Both the position numbers and the translations under genes were made by a program. Below, in pieces: positions 41,741 to 52,853 of a DNA stretch of 64,000 bases (position 1 is its first letter; the number at the start of each line of letters is the position of its first letter). The notes beneath the pieces were generated by a model. It worked only from the letters and a program-made list of their open reading frames with translations. It was not told the origin of the DNA and did no database searches. The stretch is taken from the sequence record PQ657772.1; one strand, written 5' to 3'.

Positions 41741-42730
41741 TTATTTGTCCCCTAGAAATTGTTGATATTTCTTCTGGAGACTTTCGAAAATGTCTTCGAC
41801 TTCTTCATCGCTTTCATCTTCTAGTTCTTCGTTACCTTCCACGGACTCATCACTCTCATTAACATTGAGTGGGTTGTCACCTAGAGCAGTACCTGGGAAC
41901 TTAGGTTCAAATTTGTGAACACGGTTCTCGTTACCGTCATTGTCATAGTACTCTGGTTCAGGACGATTGTCAACATCTTCATCAACGACACGTCTCCAGT
42001 AGAACTTGTTACCCTTGGTAATAACAACAAAGTGGTCACCTTCTACACCATTAGTTTTAGCTTGACCGTCACGAACGGCATCAGCTTCAGTGTTGTAAGG
42101 ACCAAAATCGGTACTGTCACCTTGTTCTTCATCTTCAGAGATGGTTAGGTCTGGTAGGAAAGTGTTTTCTTCAACTTTAACTTCAGTATATGGGTTACCT
42201 TCTACTGAATATTCATCTTCTGGTTCGTCTTGAAGACCAGCTAGAGATAGCATACGACTGAAATCGAATTCTTCTTCGATGATTTCTTCTTCTTCCTCTT
42301 CTTCAACTGATTCTAGTTGAGGTTGACCGGAAAGATCTAAAGAAAACTCTTCTTCATCTGCAACACCAGGCTCTTCGAACTCTGCATCCATACTTACTTC
42401 TTCAGAATCACCACCAAAATCACCAGCTTCAGCAGATAGTGAGTCAGCAGCAACTTCTAATGGGTCTTCAACAGGTGCATCAATTGCACCATCCATTGAA
42501 CCACCAACTTCTTCTTCTGCACCAGCACCAATTGAATCCATATCGAGTGGAGCGATTGGTGGTAGAGAAGGGGTCATTGACCCCATAGAAGGAACTGGAG
42601 CAGCAACCGGAGAAGCTTGACGCTCGGCTTGACCAGCTAGTGCAAGCATACGAGATAGTGTTTCTAGATCTTCAGATTCTAGTCCTGCGATATCGATTTT
42701 AACTTGTGCTTCATTAATTTTTTTAGCCAT
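41741..42730 (-). CDS. Very acidic putative prohead core/scaffold protein
   Basis: Poly-Glu runs and several (I/L/V)xE-(A/S/D) sites; GGA RBS. Confidence 0.55.
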   Translation of the reverse strand: MAKKINEAQVKIDIAGLESEDLETLSRMLALAGQAERQASPVAAPVPSMGSMTPSLPPIAPLDMDSIGAGAEEEVGGSMDGAIDAPVEDPLEVAADSLSAEAGDFGGDSEEVSMDAEFEEPGVADEEEFSLDLSGQPQLESVEEEEEEEIIEEEFDFSRMLSLAGLQDEPEDEYSVEGNPYTEVKVEENTFLPDLTISEDEEQGDSTDFGPYNTEADAVRDGQAKTNGVEGDHFVVITKGNKFYWRRVVDEDVDNRPEPEYYDNDGNENRVHKFEPKFPGTALGDNPLNVNESDESVEGNEELEDESDEEVEDIFESLQKKYQQFLGDK

Positions 42731-42752
42731 TTTAAATAAATCCTTTTAGTTA

Positions 42753-44264
42753 TCAATCATTCTTATTTAATGATTTTAAAATTTGCACTGTTTCATCCTT
42801 TTTACCAGATAGTAAAATGTCAGCAGCAATTAGAGAAACCTCATCACCACGCGTTAAGAGTACTGTAATTTTCTTAGCGTAAGGTGATTCTTTAATTCGT
42901 GAAGCCAATGATTGAACTTCATCACCAGGAGCAGGAACTTCAGGTTCTGGCTCTGATACAGGTTCTGGTTCTTTAGTAGGTTCAGCTTTTGGCTCAACTA
43001 CATCAGTACTTGATACTTCAGCATCTACTTTCTCTTCAGGTTCTTCTTCTTTCTTATCAGCACGTTCTGCATCATAACGAGCAAGAATGTCATCAGCAGT
43101 TGATTTTGGAATCAATTTACCTTCTGCACTGATAAAGCGGTTACCACCGATATAAGAATACTCTGTGCCTTTCTTAGATTTTACTTTAGTTCCGATTTTC
43201 ATTGCACCAGAACTGTTATGGCGAATTATATCACGTTGAGCAGCACGTTCAACACTTTTTGCAGCACTAGAATTTAGTTGTTTTTTAGTTTCTACATCAA
43301 ACCATGCATTTTTTTGTTTAATGTATGTTTTACCTTTATTTGAAGTAATGCGGTAACCATGTGGAACCACAACAGATTCAGTTTCTTCAATCTCTTCATC
43401 TGCTTCATTAATGGATTCTTTTGTTGCGAATACTGGCTGTTTTACTGGTTGTTTAGGTTGTTCTGGCTTTTCACCTGAACCAAAACGTTGTTCACCTGAT
43501 TCATGATCACCAGTTAGTGAAGGAAAATCACCAGGGTTAGCCTTAACAAATTGCTGATATGCATTAAAGATTACATGTGCATTTTGTTCTGGAATTACAA
43601 CATTACCATCATTATCACAAAATTCTTTACCATTCCATTCTGAACGAGTATTACCTTGTACTAATGTAGATTTAATTGGAATTAGTTTGTTTTTTGGTGC
43701 TAATTGGCGAGCAATACGCATACCTTCATCGGAAAGTTTACGTGTCATTGCTGGGTCAACTGGACGTCCAGATTTTGCATCAACAAAACGGTGATTTTTA
43801 GGGATGAATTTAAATCCACTAACTTCCATACCTGCTGGAATAGAAATATCATCAGCATATGGTGGAAGGATATAGAATTTTAGGGAGTTCCATTCTTTTT
43901 GTAGAGTTTCTTTTGAAACATTATATACACGGTGGTCATCTGCCATTAGTTCAGTGATAATTTCACTTTCAGTTAGTAGAATTCCATCTTTAGAATTGAA
44001 ACGATTTTCACCAAGAAATGTACACTCTTTACCTTCAAGAATATATTTTTTACCAATTTTATATTCACTAGAAGATAGATTGTGCTCAACAATCTGTTGT
44101 CGAGCACTTGCGTACATGGATGGGTATTTTTTAGGGTCTACCATTAACATATTATTGTCGTTAAACCAGAAACCTTCTAGAAATACATATTTGCCACCAG
44201 TGTGAGAAGTATATACATATCCATTAGGTACTGTGGTAGTTTCAGTACTGAAAAAATTATCCAT
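42753..44264 (-). CDS. Putative internal head protein with a duplicated ~85-aa domain
   Basis: VPNGYVYTSHTGGKY...WFND versus VPHGYRITSNKGKTY...WFDV; start moved to ATG 44264 after AAGGAG. Confidence 0.55.
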   Translation of the reverse strand: MDNFFSTETTTVPNGYVYTSHTGGKYVFLEGFWFNDNNMLMVDPKKYPSMYASARQQIVEHNLSSSEYKIGKKYILEGKECTFLGENRFNSKDGILLTESEIITELMADDHRVYNVSKETLQKEWNSLKFYILPPYADDISIPAGMEVSGFKFIPKNHRFVDAKSGRPVDPAMTRKLSDEGMRIARQLAPKNKLIPIKSTLVQGNTRSEWNGKEFCDNDGNVVIPEQNAHVIFNAYQQFVKANPGDFPSLTGDHESGEQRFGSGEKPEQPKQPVKQPVFATKESINEADEEIEETESVVVPHGYRITSNKGKTYIKQKNAWFDVETKKQLNSSAAKSVERAAQRDIIRHNSSGAMKIGTKVKSKKGTEYSYIGGNRFISAEGKLIPKSTADDILARYDAERADKKEEEPEEKVDAEVSSTDVVEPKAEPTKEPEPVSEPEPEVPAPGDEVQSLASRIKESPYAKKITVLLTRGDEVSLIAADILLSGKKDETVQILKSLNKND

Positions 44265-44277
44265 GTGTTGATTCTCC

Positions 44278-44823
44278 TTAAGAAAGCATACGCAAAAGTT
44301 GTTCACGCTGCTCTGGACTTAATTTTTGTAGAGCATCAGGGATACTAGAACCTTGTGCTTTTGGCTGTTCCTGTGGTGCTGATTGTGGAGCATTGTCAGG
44401 TTGAGCTTGTGGTGCAGGACGTTGTTGTTCTTCACCTTTATCATCATCACGATAATCATTCATCAAGTCACGTGCTGCTGCCAATAGAGCAGAACCAACA
44501 TCTTTAGGAGTAAAAGTACGACGACTGTTATTGCCCAAATGTTTTATATCAAGGTTATTTCCTTTGAAGAATTGTGCAACATCAGCATATGGTACTGATG
44601 GTTGTGCTTTACCGTATTTGCGTCCAACATAGCGTTTAAATTCAGCCCAAAGACGGTTTGCTTCTGCACCAACTTCTTGTGCACCTTGTTCTACTTGACC
44701 ACTACCGAAAAAGCCTTTTACTTTTCCTTTTGCACTATCTACTGCACTTTGTGAACGACTATATGGACGAGCTTCATTTAGCTCTTCATCATTATAATCT
44801 AACATTTCATTAAGTATACTCAT
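44278..44823 (-). CDS. Putative head protein
   Basis: 181 aa, ILNE/ELNE-A sites, Q/P-rich linker. Confidence 0.5.
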   Translation of the reverse strand: MSILNEMLDYNDEELNEARPYSRSQSAVDSAKGKVKGFFGSGQVEQGAQEVGAEANRLWAEFKRYVGRKYGKAQPSVPYADVAQFFKGNNLDIKHLGNNSRRTFTPKDVGSALLAAARDLMNDYRDDDKGEEQQRPAPQAQPDNAPQSAPQEQPKAQGSSIPDALQKLSPEQREQLLRMLS

Positions 44824-44826
44824 GTC

Positions 44827-45360
44827 TCAATCCTTTTTACCAAAACCAGCACTCATATATTGAGAGTATTTATTGTCACTTTTTACTGCTTCAATCGCAT
44901 CTTTAACTGCGGTTACAGCACGTTCTTCACCAGCTAAATCGTGGCTGTCTTCTGGTTTACCAAAATCAACACCAATTACTGGTTCGTAATCGTCAAAGTC
45001 AATATCATCTTCGAGTTCGGTCATTTCTTGTTGACGTGGTTCATCTTTACTACGTACACGGATTAGAGCTTCAGTCATACTTAGTAGGTTGCCAATTTCA
45101 TACATTAGTACGTTTGATTGAACACCACGGTGGCATTTGAAATCAAACATCCAAATTTCACCACAATCTAATTCATAAAAATCTAGTGGTCTTTCCATGA
45201 AAATAGTTTTCTTTAGTGCACCAATATCAAATGCATCATAACGATCCATTAGGCGTTGTGATACTTTACTTAGTTGCTCATTGGTAGGTTCAACTGCAAA
45301 CTTGACTCGGTATTCAAAAACTGGTTTTTTATCCGTTAGGATTTGTTGTAATCTATTCAT
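44827..45360 (-). CDS. Hypothetical protein
   Basis: 177 aa, GGAG RBS. Confidence 0.65.
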   Translation of the reverse strand: MNRLQQILTDKKPVFEYRVKFAVEPTNEQLSKVSQRLMDRYDAFDIGALKKTIFMERPLDFYELDCGEIWMFDFKCHRGVQSNVLMYEIGNLLSMTEALIRVRSKDEPRQQEMTELEDDIDFDDYEPVIGVDFGKPEDSHDLAGEERAVTAVKDAIEAVKSDNKYSQYMSAGFGKKD

Positions 45361-45387
45361 TTTAATAACTCCATAAGGTCGTTTAAG

Positions 45388-46404
<1,017 letters not shown>

Positions 46405-47499
46405 TTAAAAATCTCCTAATATGTTACCTAATCCGAATTTTGAGCTTGCCGAAGAAACGATGCTTCCTAAACCAATAGCATTTGCACCTCTTGTCACTGC
46501 GGAACCTATGTTTCGGATGGTATCAGGAGTAATGTCACCACGAAGGATATCACCAGCACTACTGATTATATCACTAACTGATGTTCCTGCTCGGATAATT
46601 TTACCAACTGTCGAAATTCCTTTAGTTTTGTCATCAAGTTCACCAAAGTACTTAAAGAATCCACTCACACCAAGACCTTCAGTATCGGTGATGAGTTGTG
46701 CAATTTCCATTGTAGGAACACCAATACTCAAGTACCCTTCAGGACCAAAGTTGTTACACGCTTCATAACGCATAGTCAACGATAATAGTGCTGGGTCACC
46801 TTCACTTTCCATAGATTTAGTTTCTAATTGTATATCTTCGATGAATACATTTATCATGTTATGAACTGTATAGGTTTCATTATCAATTTCATAGATATTA
46901 ATTGATTTGAAAAAGTACTGGTTGTCGTAGTTACCATTGTTCATTACAGAACGACCCCAGTTTCCACCTAAACCATTGAAATTTTCTGGTGTACTGAGTA
47001 CGTCATTTCGGTAAGATTGTGGGTTCTTGTCAAAGAAGTCACCATAGTAGAACTTACGATATGCGTCCATTAGGAGATATCCAGCACCATCAACAGTATC
47101 ATAGAAAACAACATTACTGGGTTTATAAACAATATCACCAGTAACTAAACGTTTTTTGTTGTATTGGTTTACGGTTTCAACACTAAAAGAAAAACTAGGA
47201 AGTGTTACATCTTTTACAAAGCACGATACATTATTAACATCAAAATCAGTATGTGTATCTGGAAGTTGGGTTTTAATAAAGTTCTTTGCGAACGGGGTTA
47301 GTACAAATTCGATAATAAAACTGTTCTTAAATTTTGGTAAATTATAGAATGAAAAACCCATTTCACCTGCTGTACCAAACACACGTTGTGCAGCGTTATA
47401 ATTCTCAAAAGCTGGTTCTCTAATGATGTTGATATTGTCAATAACACCATTAACTATACTAGTTCCAGTACTGACAAATGAATCAAAAAAATCACTCAT
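46405..47499 (-). CDS. Tail tube-fold baseplate protein (gp48/gp54-like tube initiator)
   Basis: PKFKNSFIIEF...VKDVTLPSF...NQYNKKR...VVFYDT gp19-fold motifs with a C-terminal extension. Confidence 0.65.
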   Translation of the reverse strand: MSDFFDSFVSTGTSIVNGVIDNINIIREPAFENYNAAQRVFGTAGEMGFSFYNLPKFKNSFIIEFVLTPFAKNFIKTQLPDTHTDFDVNNVSCFVKDVTLPSFSFSVETVNQYNKKRLVTGDIVYKPSNVVFYDTVDGAGYLLMDAYRKFYYGDFFDKNPQSYRNDVLSTPENFNGLGGNWGRSVMNNGNYDNQYFFKSINIYEIDNETYTVHNMINVFIEDIQLETKSMESEGDPALLSLTMRYEACNNFGPEGYLSIGVPTMEIAQLITDTEGLGVSGFFKYFGELDDKTKGISTVGKIIRAGTSVSDIISSAGDILRGDITPDTIRNIGSAVTRGANAIGLGSIVSSASSKFGLGNILGDF

Positions 47500-47510
47500 G
47501 GGTTATCTCC

Positions 47511-48287
47511 TTATAATCCAATGCTACCGAAAACACGGTCAATGATATCTAATCCTTGGTTTACGTTTTCAGGTAAAAGTGAATTTATTCTAGTACTGTA
47601 CATTTCTTCGATATTATCGAATTGGATACAATTATCAGGTTTTATTGTAATAACCATTTCAACAGGAGAACTTGAACTATAGTCAAGTGAATCATATGAT
47701 ATATTTTGTATAACACATCCTGTTAGTACAAAGTACTCCATAACGCCAGCACTATTGTATGATGAACCACCAATGAACTGATCAACAGCGTTGACTAATC
47801 CAGTATTGTTGGTAGCGGCAGTTGTTGCATTAACTAATGTGTTTCTTCCCAAGTCTTCTAGTGTATCATCAGAGTTGCGACCATTCAACATCTGAATGAC
47901 AATTCCGAACTTATATGAACCATAATCATGGTCAGTTCTGGAAGTAATTCTTCGTTGAAAATCTAATTGTTTCTGTAATTGTCTTGACAAGGCTTTTGCT
48001 GATGCATTACCAACTGAATCACGGATAGTTAAAGTAATTGGGTCCCAATCGTGACTACCAATGTAAGATGTATTTGTTGTAAATTGATATAGTTTATGAG
48101 TACTGAAAGTAACAGTAGGTCTATCAACTTTATCAACATCTAATGCAATGTGATCACGCTCATCTATATCAGTACCGAAATTATATACAATAACACGAAA
48201 TTTGTATTTTGCTTTCGGTTGTAACATTGAACGGTTACGTCCTGATGGTAGAGGAACGCCATATTTATTAATCATGTTATTTGCCAT
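47511..48287 (-). CDS. Tail tube paralogue (gp19 family)
   Basis: QPKAKYKFRV, VDRPTV, WDPITLTIRD, LDYSSSSPV. Confidence 0.75.
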   Translation of the reverse strand: MANNMINKYGVPLPSGRNRSMLQPKAKYKFRVIVYNFGTDIDERDHIALDVDKVDRPTVTFSTHKLYQFTTNTSYIGSHDWDPITLTIRDSVGNASAKALSRQLQKQLDFQRRITSRTDHDYGSYKFGIVIQMLNGRNSDDTLEDLGRNTLVNATTAATNNTGLVNAVDQFIGGSSYNSAGVMEYFVLTGCVIQNISYDSLDYSSSSPVEMVITIKPDNCIQFDNIEEMYSTRINSLLPENVNQGLDIIDRVFGSIGL

Positions 48288-48331
48288 AGCAACCTCTTTT
48301 ATTTTATAAGGTATTATACTTTATTTAGCAT

Positions 48332-48360
48332 AAAAAAAGCCCCGAACTAGTTCGAGGCTT
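48332..48360 (-). terminator. Terminator after the tube gene
   Basis: AAGCCTCGAACTAGTTCGGGGC followed by a T-run on the minus strand. Confidence 0.75.
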
Positions 48361-48376
48361 ACGTTTAAAAGAAAAA

Positions 48377-49063
48377 TTAATTTTCGTAGAAGTTACTATC
48401 TGGTAGAGTAGTACTACTAATGTTGGTTTGTGCACCACTAATAGAGGTAGCAGTGGATGGGTTACCGAAACCAGTAATTTCATCACCGAACGCTTCACCA
48501 TTAGGACCGAGTTTTGCACAGCCGTCTGGTTGAATTGTCATAGAAATAACTTGTGCTTCACTTGAGGAATAATCCCAGTCACCAAAGTTACTAGATTCAA
48601 TAAAGCAGCCTTGACATACCCAAGTACTCAAAGTACCTTCAAAAAGGTTAGAAGTGTTTTCACTATTGGAGCCATCTAGCTCTTGAATCCACATTTCAAA
48701 TTTGAACTGGGAATCAGTCATACGAGATTCTTGACTGTAATAGTTAAATTCTTTACGCATTTGGTTATAAAGAGCTTTAGCAGAAGCATTACCAACTGAA
48801 TCACGGAAAGCCACATCAATAGTATCCCAAGTATACTTACCTTTATAGTGAGCAGAACTGTTATAACTATGCACAGTGACGTTTTCATGTGATACAGATA
48901 CAGCACCAACGGTGTTGGTATCTAGGGTAATCATATTGCCATCGTCGTTAGCACCGAAGCCAAAGAAAACAACACGGAATTTATATTTTGCTTTAGGTTG
49001 TTTCATAGAGATACGACCACCGCCAGCGAGCGGAACGCCATATCGATCAAGCATTGTAGCCAT
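48377..49063 (-). CDS. Major tail tube protein (gp19 family)
   Basis: QPKAKYKFRV, WDTIDVAFRD, WVCQGCFI, DYSSSEAQ; own RBS and terminator; follows the sheath gene. Confidence 0.8.
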   Translation of the reverse strand: MATMLDRYGVPLAGGGRISMKQPKAKYKFRVVFFGFGANDDGNMITLDTNTVGAVSVSHENVTVHSYNSSAHYKGKYTWDTIDVAFRDSVGNASAKALYNQMRKEFNYYSQESRMTDSQFKFEMWIQELDGSNSENTSNLFEGTLSTWVCQGCFIESSNFGDWDYSSSEAQVISMTIQPDGCAKLGPNGEAFGDEITGFGNPSTATSISGAQTNISSTTLPDSNFYEN

Positions 49064-49120
49064 TTATATTCTCCTGTTATGGAATGACATCTTTATATTA
49101 TTTATCTATTACTTACACTT

Positions 49121-49367
49121 TTATTGAAGTATCTCATCAACAGGAAACCAATCTATATTCACACAATACAAGTACTTTTTTTCTTGTTTATGATCTGTAT
49201 AGTTTACACCAACCGACCATTTACCATTTGTGTAAACATTGTATTCTCGAATTATACCGACAATGTTCCAAATTTTGTATAAAAGCTTTAAGGATTTTTA
49301 CGGCATCGTCCTGTGTTGCTACAGTTTTACTTACATCTTGTAATGTTTTTTTAAGTATTTCTTCCAT
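49121..49367 (-). CDS. Small hypothetical gene, apparently split by a +1 shift at CGG 49259-49257
   Basis: AGGA RBS, ATG 49367; frame 0 stops at 49221; the +1 frame has no start codon of its own and runs to TAA 49121, giving 81 aa if joined at the CGG. Confidence 0.5.
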
Positions 49368-49417
49368 ATTATTCCTGATCGTTGAATTAATAACATAACG
49401 TATTTAATTTTAAACAA

Positions 49418-49444
49418 TAAAAAAGGGAACCAAAAGGTTCCCTT
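49418..49444 (-). terminator. Terminator after the sheath gene
   Basis: AAGGGAACC-tttt-GGTTCCC followed by a T-run on the minus strand. Confidence 0.8.
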
Positions 49445-49450
49445 AGTGTT

Positions 49451-52114
49451 TTATTGAGTCTTTTCAATACGAATAGGTACGTAAATGAAGTTGATAGACT
49501 TGGTAGGTTGGATTGCAATATCCATCCAAAGTTCGTTACGGTCAATACGTTCAGAAGTGTTGTTACTTTCGTCACAAACTACTGCGAAGTTATATAGACC
49601 TTGTTGTTGAACGATTTCAGCTAGGAAGCTATTCACTACACCACTGAATTCCTGACGAGTACTTGGAGTATTCAAACGGAATAGGAATGGTTCAGAGATG
49701 ATTTCTAGTTGACGACGAATGTAAACAACCAAACGAGCAACGTTAACACGGCTTAGTGCAGAGGTTTGGTTAGCAGATAGTGTTTTATCACCATATACTA
49801 GCAAGCCACGGTTAGGACGCATTGCAATTGGGTTAATGTTGTTGGTATACATCACGTCACGTTGACCTTGGTTGTATACTACTGGTTGATATTCACCTTC
49901 ACTATTAATGAAACCAGTACTTGCAGCGTTGGTTACAACACCACGAGTAGTACCAGCAGGTGGATACCACACATAACTAACACTATCACTGTACGCATAG
50001 GTACGCATTGCAACAGTACTGCCTGGAACTGCAACTTCTTCACCATCAACGTTAGTACTTAAACACCAGCCCATGTACTGAGCAGCATAATCATATGCAG
50101 AAGTACGGCCTACTGAACCATTACTTGGTGCGTTGTTTGCGTTGGTAGCCCATTCTTGAACTGCACTACCGTTTCCGGTTGGGTTCAAACGAGCAGGTAC
50201 ATCAGTTACGATAAACGCTGTTTCTTTACGATCAGTGTTTAGGGTAATACATTCATCTAGAGTTTCTACATAACCAGGAACACAGATTAGGTTAAAGTTG
50301 ATGAATTCAGAACGGATATCATCATTACCGATGATTACAGCAGCTAGTGCTTCAACGATTAGTTTGCGTTGTGCTGCACGACCGAATAGACCTGCACCAT
50401 CAAGACTAACACCACTAACAACTTGCCATTGACCATTAACCATTTTCTTAACAACACCTTCGGTATTACCGAGGTCAATTGCAAGCATACCATTCTGATA
50501 AAGAGCAGCAGAAGCAACTTGTTCAGGGAAGTTAAAGTCAGCGAAAATCATACCGTTTAGAGTACTTTGGTCAGTATTGTCTAGTTTAACCCACTCACCA
50601 TCAACGTTACGATAGAAATCATAACCATCAATTCCTTGAGATAGAGGGCGTACCCAAATTAGACGGTCTGCCGCAGGTTCATCAACTTGAACATATTTGT
50701 TATCTTCTTGTACTAGATCCCATTCGTCATTTGCAACATCTGCAATGTACATGGTAACAGTTAGGTTATCGGAATTGCCGAAATCATACCAAATAGTACC
50801 GTCTTTAGCAATACTACGTGGAACAGAAGAGCTAACACGTAAGTTATTAACGTTAACTAGAGAATAGTTGTTACTATCTACAGTTAGTTTAGCTAGTTCA
50901 TTCGCTGCAAAAATATCATCACCGCTTTGGGTAACTTTAAAGCTATAACCTTTGGTGTTTGTAACTACCAAACCGCCATTAGATTCACGTTTGAATTTGA
51001 ATCCATCATTGATAAGATCAGCACTAACATTTAGATTATCGATGATAGTTTGAGTATTAATTACGCCACCTTGTGGTACTGCAAGTACTTTAACAGATTT
51101 GTTTAGGTAAGCGAAAGTCAAATAACTATTTTCACCAGCTTGCTCAATAACAGTTTCACCTAGTGGTACTGCTGGAGCACTAATTGCTGATAGTTTTGCA
51201 CTTTGAATATAGAAAGAGAAACTCTTACTATCGTCATCAAAACGGCAAGCAATATAACTGTTGTTTAGTACACCACTCTTAGCTTCAACTTCTTGGAAAG
51301 AATTACCAGTATATGCTGGAACGATATTCCAAACTTGAGTTAGAGATGCATAACGTTTTAGAACAAAGCGAGTACCAAAATAGTTTGAACCATTTTGAGT
51401 ATAACCATCACGAATCCATACGTTACCTTGTTCAACAGTTGAACCAACTGGAACTTTGTTGATTGGTGATAGATAAGTTTCAACCTGTACTAGACCAGAT
51501 GCTGCACGTTTGTACATAAGCATTTGACCATTACTTGGCTTATAACGTAGAACTAGATCATCAACGTTTAGACCAACTAGGCTAACATCGTCAACTTCTT
51601 CAGAACTTACGATGGTAACAGGCTTCAATTGCCAGTCATAGAAGCTGCTTGGGCTGTCTTTCTTAGCAACATAAGCTTCAATTTGTGATTGAGCAGCATC
51701 AAACCATAGAGTACCATTTGGTACTGGGCCAGTTGGTGCAGTTGCACTTGGTGATAGTTGAGCCAAATCGATATCAGCACGAATAACATATGCACGGTTG
51801 GTGATACCTAGATAAGAATATACAGCATGTAGACCATATTCGTTTAGTTCGTCACCTTGAACAACTGAACCATTGTTCATTTGGAAAATTGGTGAGCCAA
51901 ATGTATCTAGTGAGCTTTTCTGTGATGTTAGTAGCTGTAGTTTACCAGCGTTTGCTTTAGTGGTTCCCGCAGCGATTGCACTGCTACCAGGAACAAGTTT
52001 GTCTTCAGCAGTAGCGATTACAAATAGTGGTACTGTGCCAGGAGCAGCAGCAGTACTCATACTTTCATCAGTTACTGAAATGGAAACGCCAGGTGAGAGT
52101 AGATCTCCTGCCAT
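49451..52114 (-). CDS. Tail sheath protein (gp18 family)
   Basis: LLSPGVSISVTDES start; C-terminal PPAGTTRG, NINPI, VYGDKT, RVNVARL, VCDESNNT..RIDRNEL. Confidence 0.93.
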   Translation of the reverse strand: MAGDLLSPGVSISVTDESMSTAAAPGTVPLFVIATAEDKLVPGSSAIAAGTTKANAGKLQLLTSQKSSLDTFGSPIFQMNNGSVVQGDELNEYGLHAVYSYLGITNRAYVIRADIDLAQLSPSATAPTGPVPNGTLWFDAAQSQIEAYVAKKDSPSSFYDWQLKPVTIVSSEEVDDVSLVGLNVDDLVLRYKPSNGQMLMYKRAASGLVQVETYLSPINKVPVGSTVEQGNVWIRDGYTQNGSNYFGTRFVLKRYASLTQVWNIVPAYTGNSFQEVEAKSGVLNNSYIACRFDDDSKSFSFYIQSAKLSAISAPAVPLGETVIEQAGENSYLTFAYLNKSVKVLAVPQGGVINTQTIIDNLNVSADLINDGFKFKRESNGGLVVTNTKGYSFKVTQSGDDIFAANELAKLTVDSNNYSLVNVNNLRVSSSVPRSIAKDGTIWYDFGNSDNLTVTMYIADVANDEWDLVQEDNKYVQVDEPAADRLIWVRPLSQGIDGYDFYRNVDGEWVKLDNTDQSTLNGMIFADFNFPEQVASAALYQNGMLAIDLGNTEGVVKKMVNGQWQVVSGVSLDGAGLFGRAAQRKLIVEALAAVIIGNDDIRSEFINFNLICVPGYVETLDECITLNTDRKETAFIVTDVPARLNPTGNGSAVQEWATNANNAPSNGSVGRTSAYDYAAQYMGWCLSTNVDGEEVAVPGSTVAMRTYAYSDSVSYVWYPPAGTTRGVVTNAASTGFINSEGEYQPVVYNQGQRDVMYTNNINPIAMRPNRGLLVYGDKTLSANQTSALSRVNVARLVVYIRRQLEIISEPFLFRLNTPSTRQEFSGVVNSFLAEIVQQQGLYNFAVVCDESNNTSERIDRNELWMDIAIQPTKSINFIYVPIRIEKTQ

Positions 52115-52208
52115 ATTAAATCCTCCAAAAATAATTGGTTATTCGAATTATATTCGTATAGTCTTATTTATTGAAGGATTTGAATGTCAAGTCCTAATTG
52201 TTTTAATT

Positions 52209-52835
52209 TCACTTATTGGCATAAATAACGCTCAATGCTTGTTGGTGCAACGCTTCAATTGTGCTATTATTTTGTACAATGATATCAGGATTATTGATAC
52301 CAATCCACGCCCATTCAGATTCATGAACTGATTCTAACTCAATTGGTTTCATGCTAATATCACCTTTATTAAAAGATGCTGCTAAACCATACCAGTGTGG
52401 GAGGGTACGCTGAACTTCAATCACAATACCATTTAATGAACGAATCATTTTTAGTTCATTTGGGAATCGACAGTCAGTAATGATAATATTCCCTTCAACT
52501 GATTGCATTGACTTCTCTAAACTATGGACCCAAATATCATTATGAAAGTACTTACGCAAAATATTAGTACCGTAATTCTGTAATACCCAACGAGGGGAAA
52601 CATCATCACGCCCCAACTTCTCACACCAGTACTGGTCTGGCTCTTCACGGAGTTTACGACTTTCCTTAGTCGAACCCTCAAGCATTTCACGATCCCATCC
52701 AAAGATAGCAGCAACTGAATCTTTAAGATTAGTTGCAAATGACATTCTTGTGTAACCATTATTGATAAAAGTTTCACCAAAAGTATCTTTGCCACTACCG
52801 ATAGTACCGTTAATTGCAATTATTTGTCTTTCCAT
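52209..52835 (-). CDS. Deoxynucleoside monophosphate kinase (T4 gp1-like)
   Basis: P-loop GTIGSGKDT, SFATNLK, PRWVLQ.YGT, ITDCRFPNE, HESE. Confidence 0.9.
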   Translation of the reverse strand: MERQIIAINGTIGSGKDTFGETFINNGYTRMSFATNLKDSVAAIFGWDREMLEGSTKESRKLREEPDQYWCEKLGRDDVSPRWVLQNYGTNILRKYFHNDIWVHSLEKSMQSVEGNIIITDCRFPNELKMIRSLNGIVIEVQRTLPHWYGLAASFNKGDISMKPIELESVHESEWAWIGINNPDIIVQNNSTIEALHQQALSVIYANK

Positions 52836-52853
52836 AATACTTCTCCATGTATA

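Noticed and set aside
49084-49398. Plus-strand 104-aa ORF
   Set aside because: Antisense to the surrounding operon with no RBS; a better minus-strand gene occupies the interval
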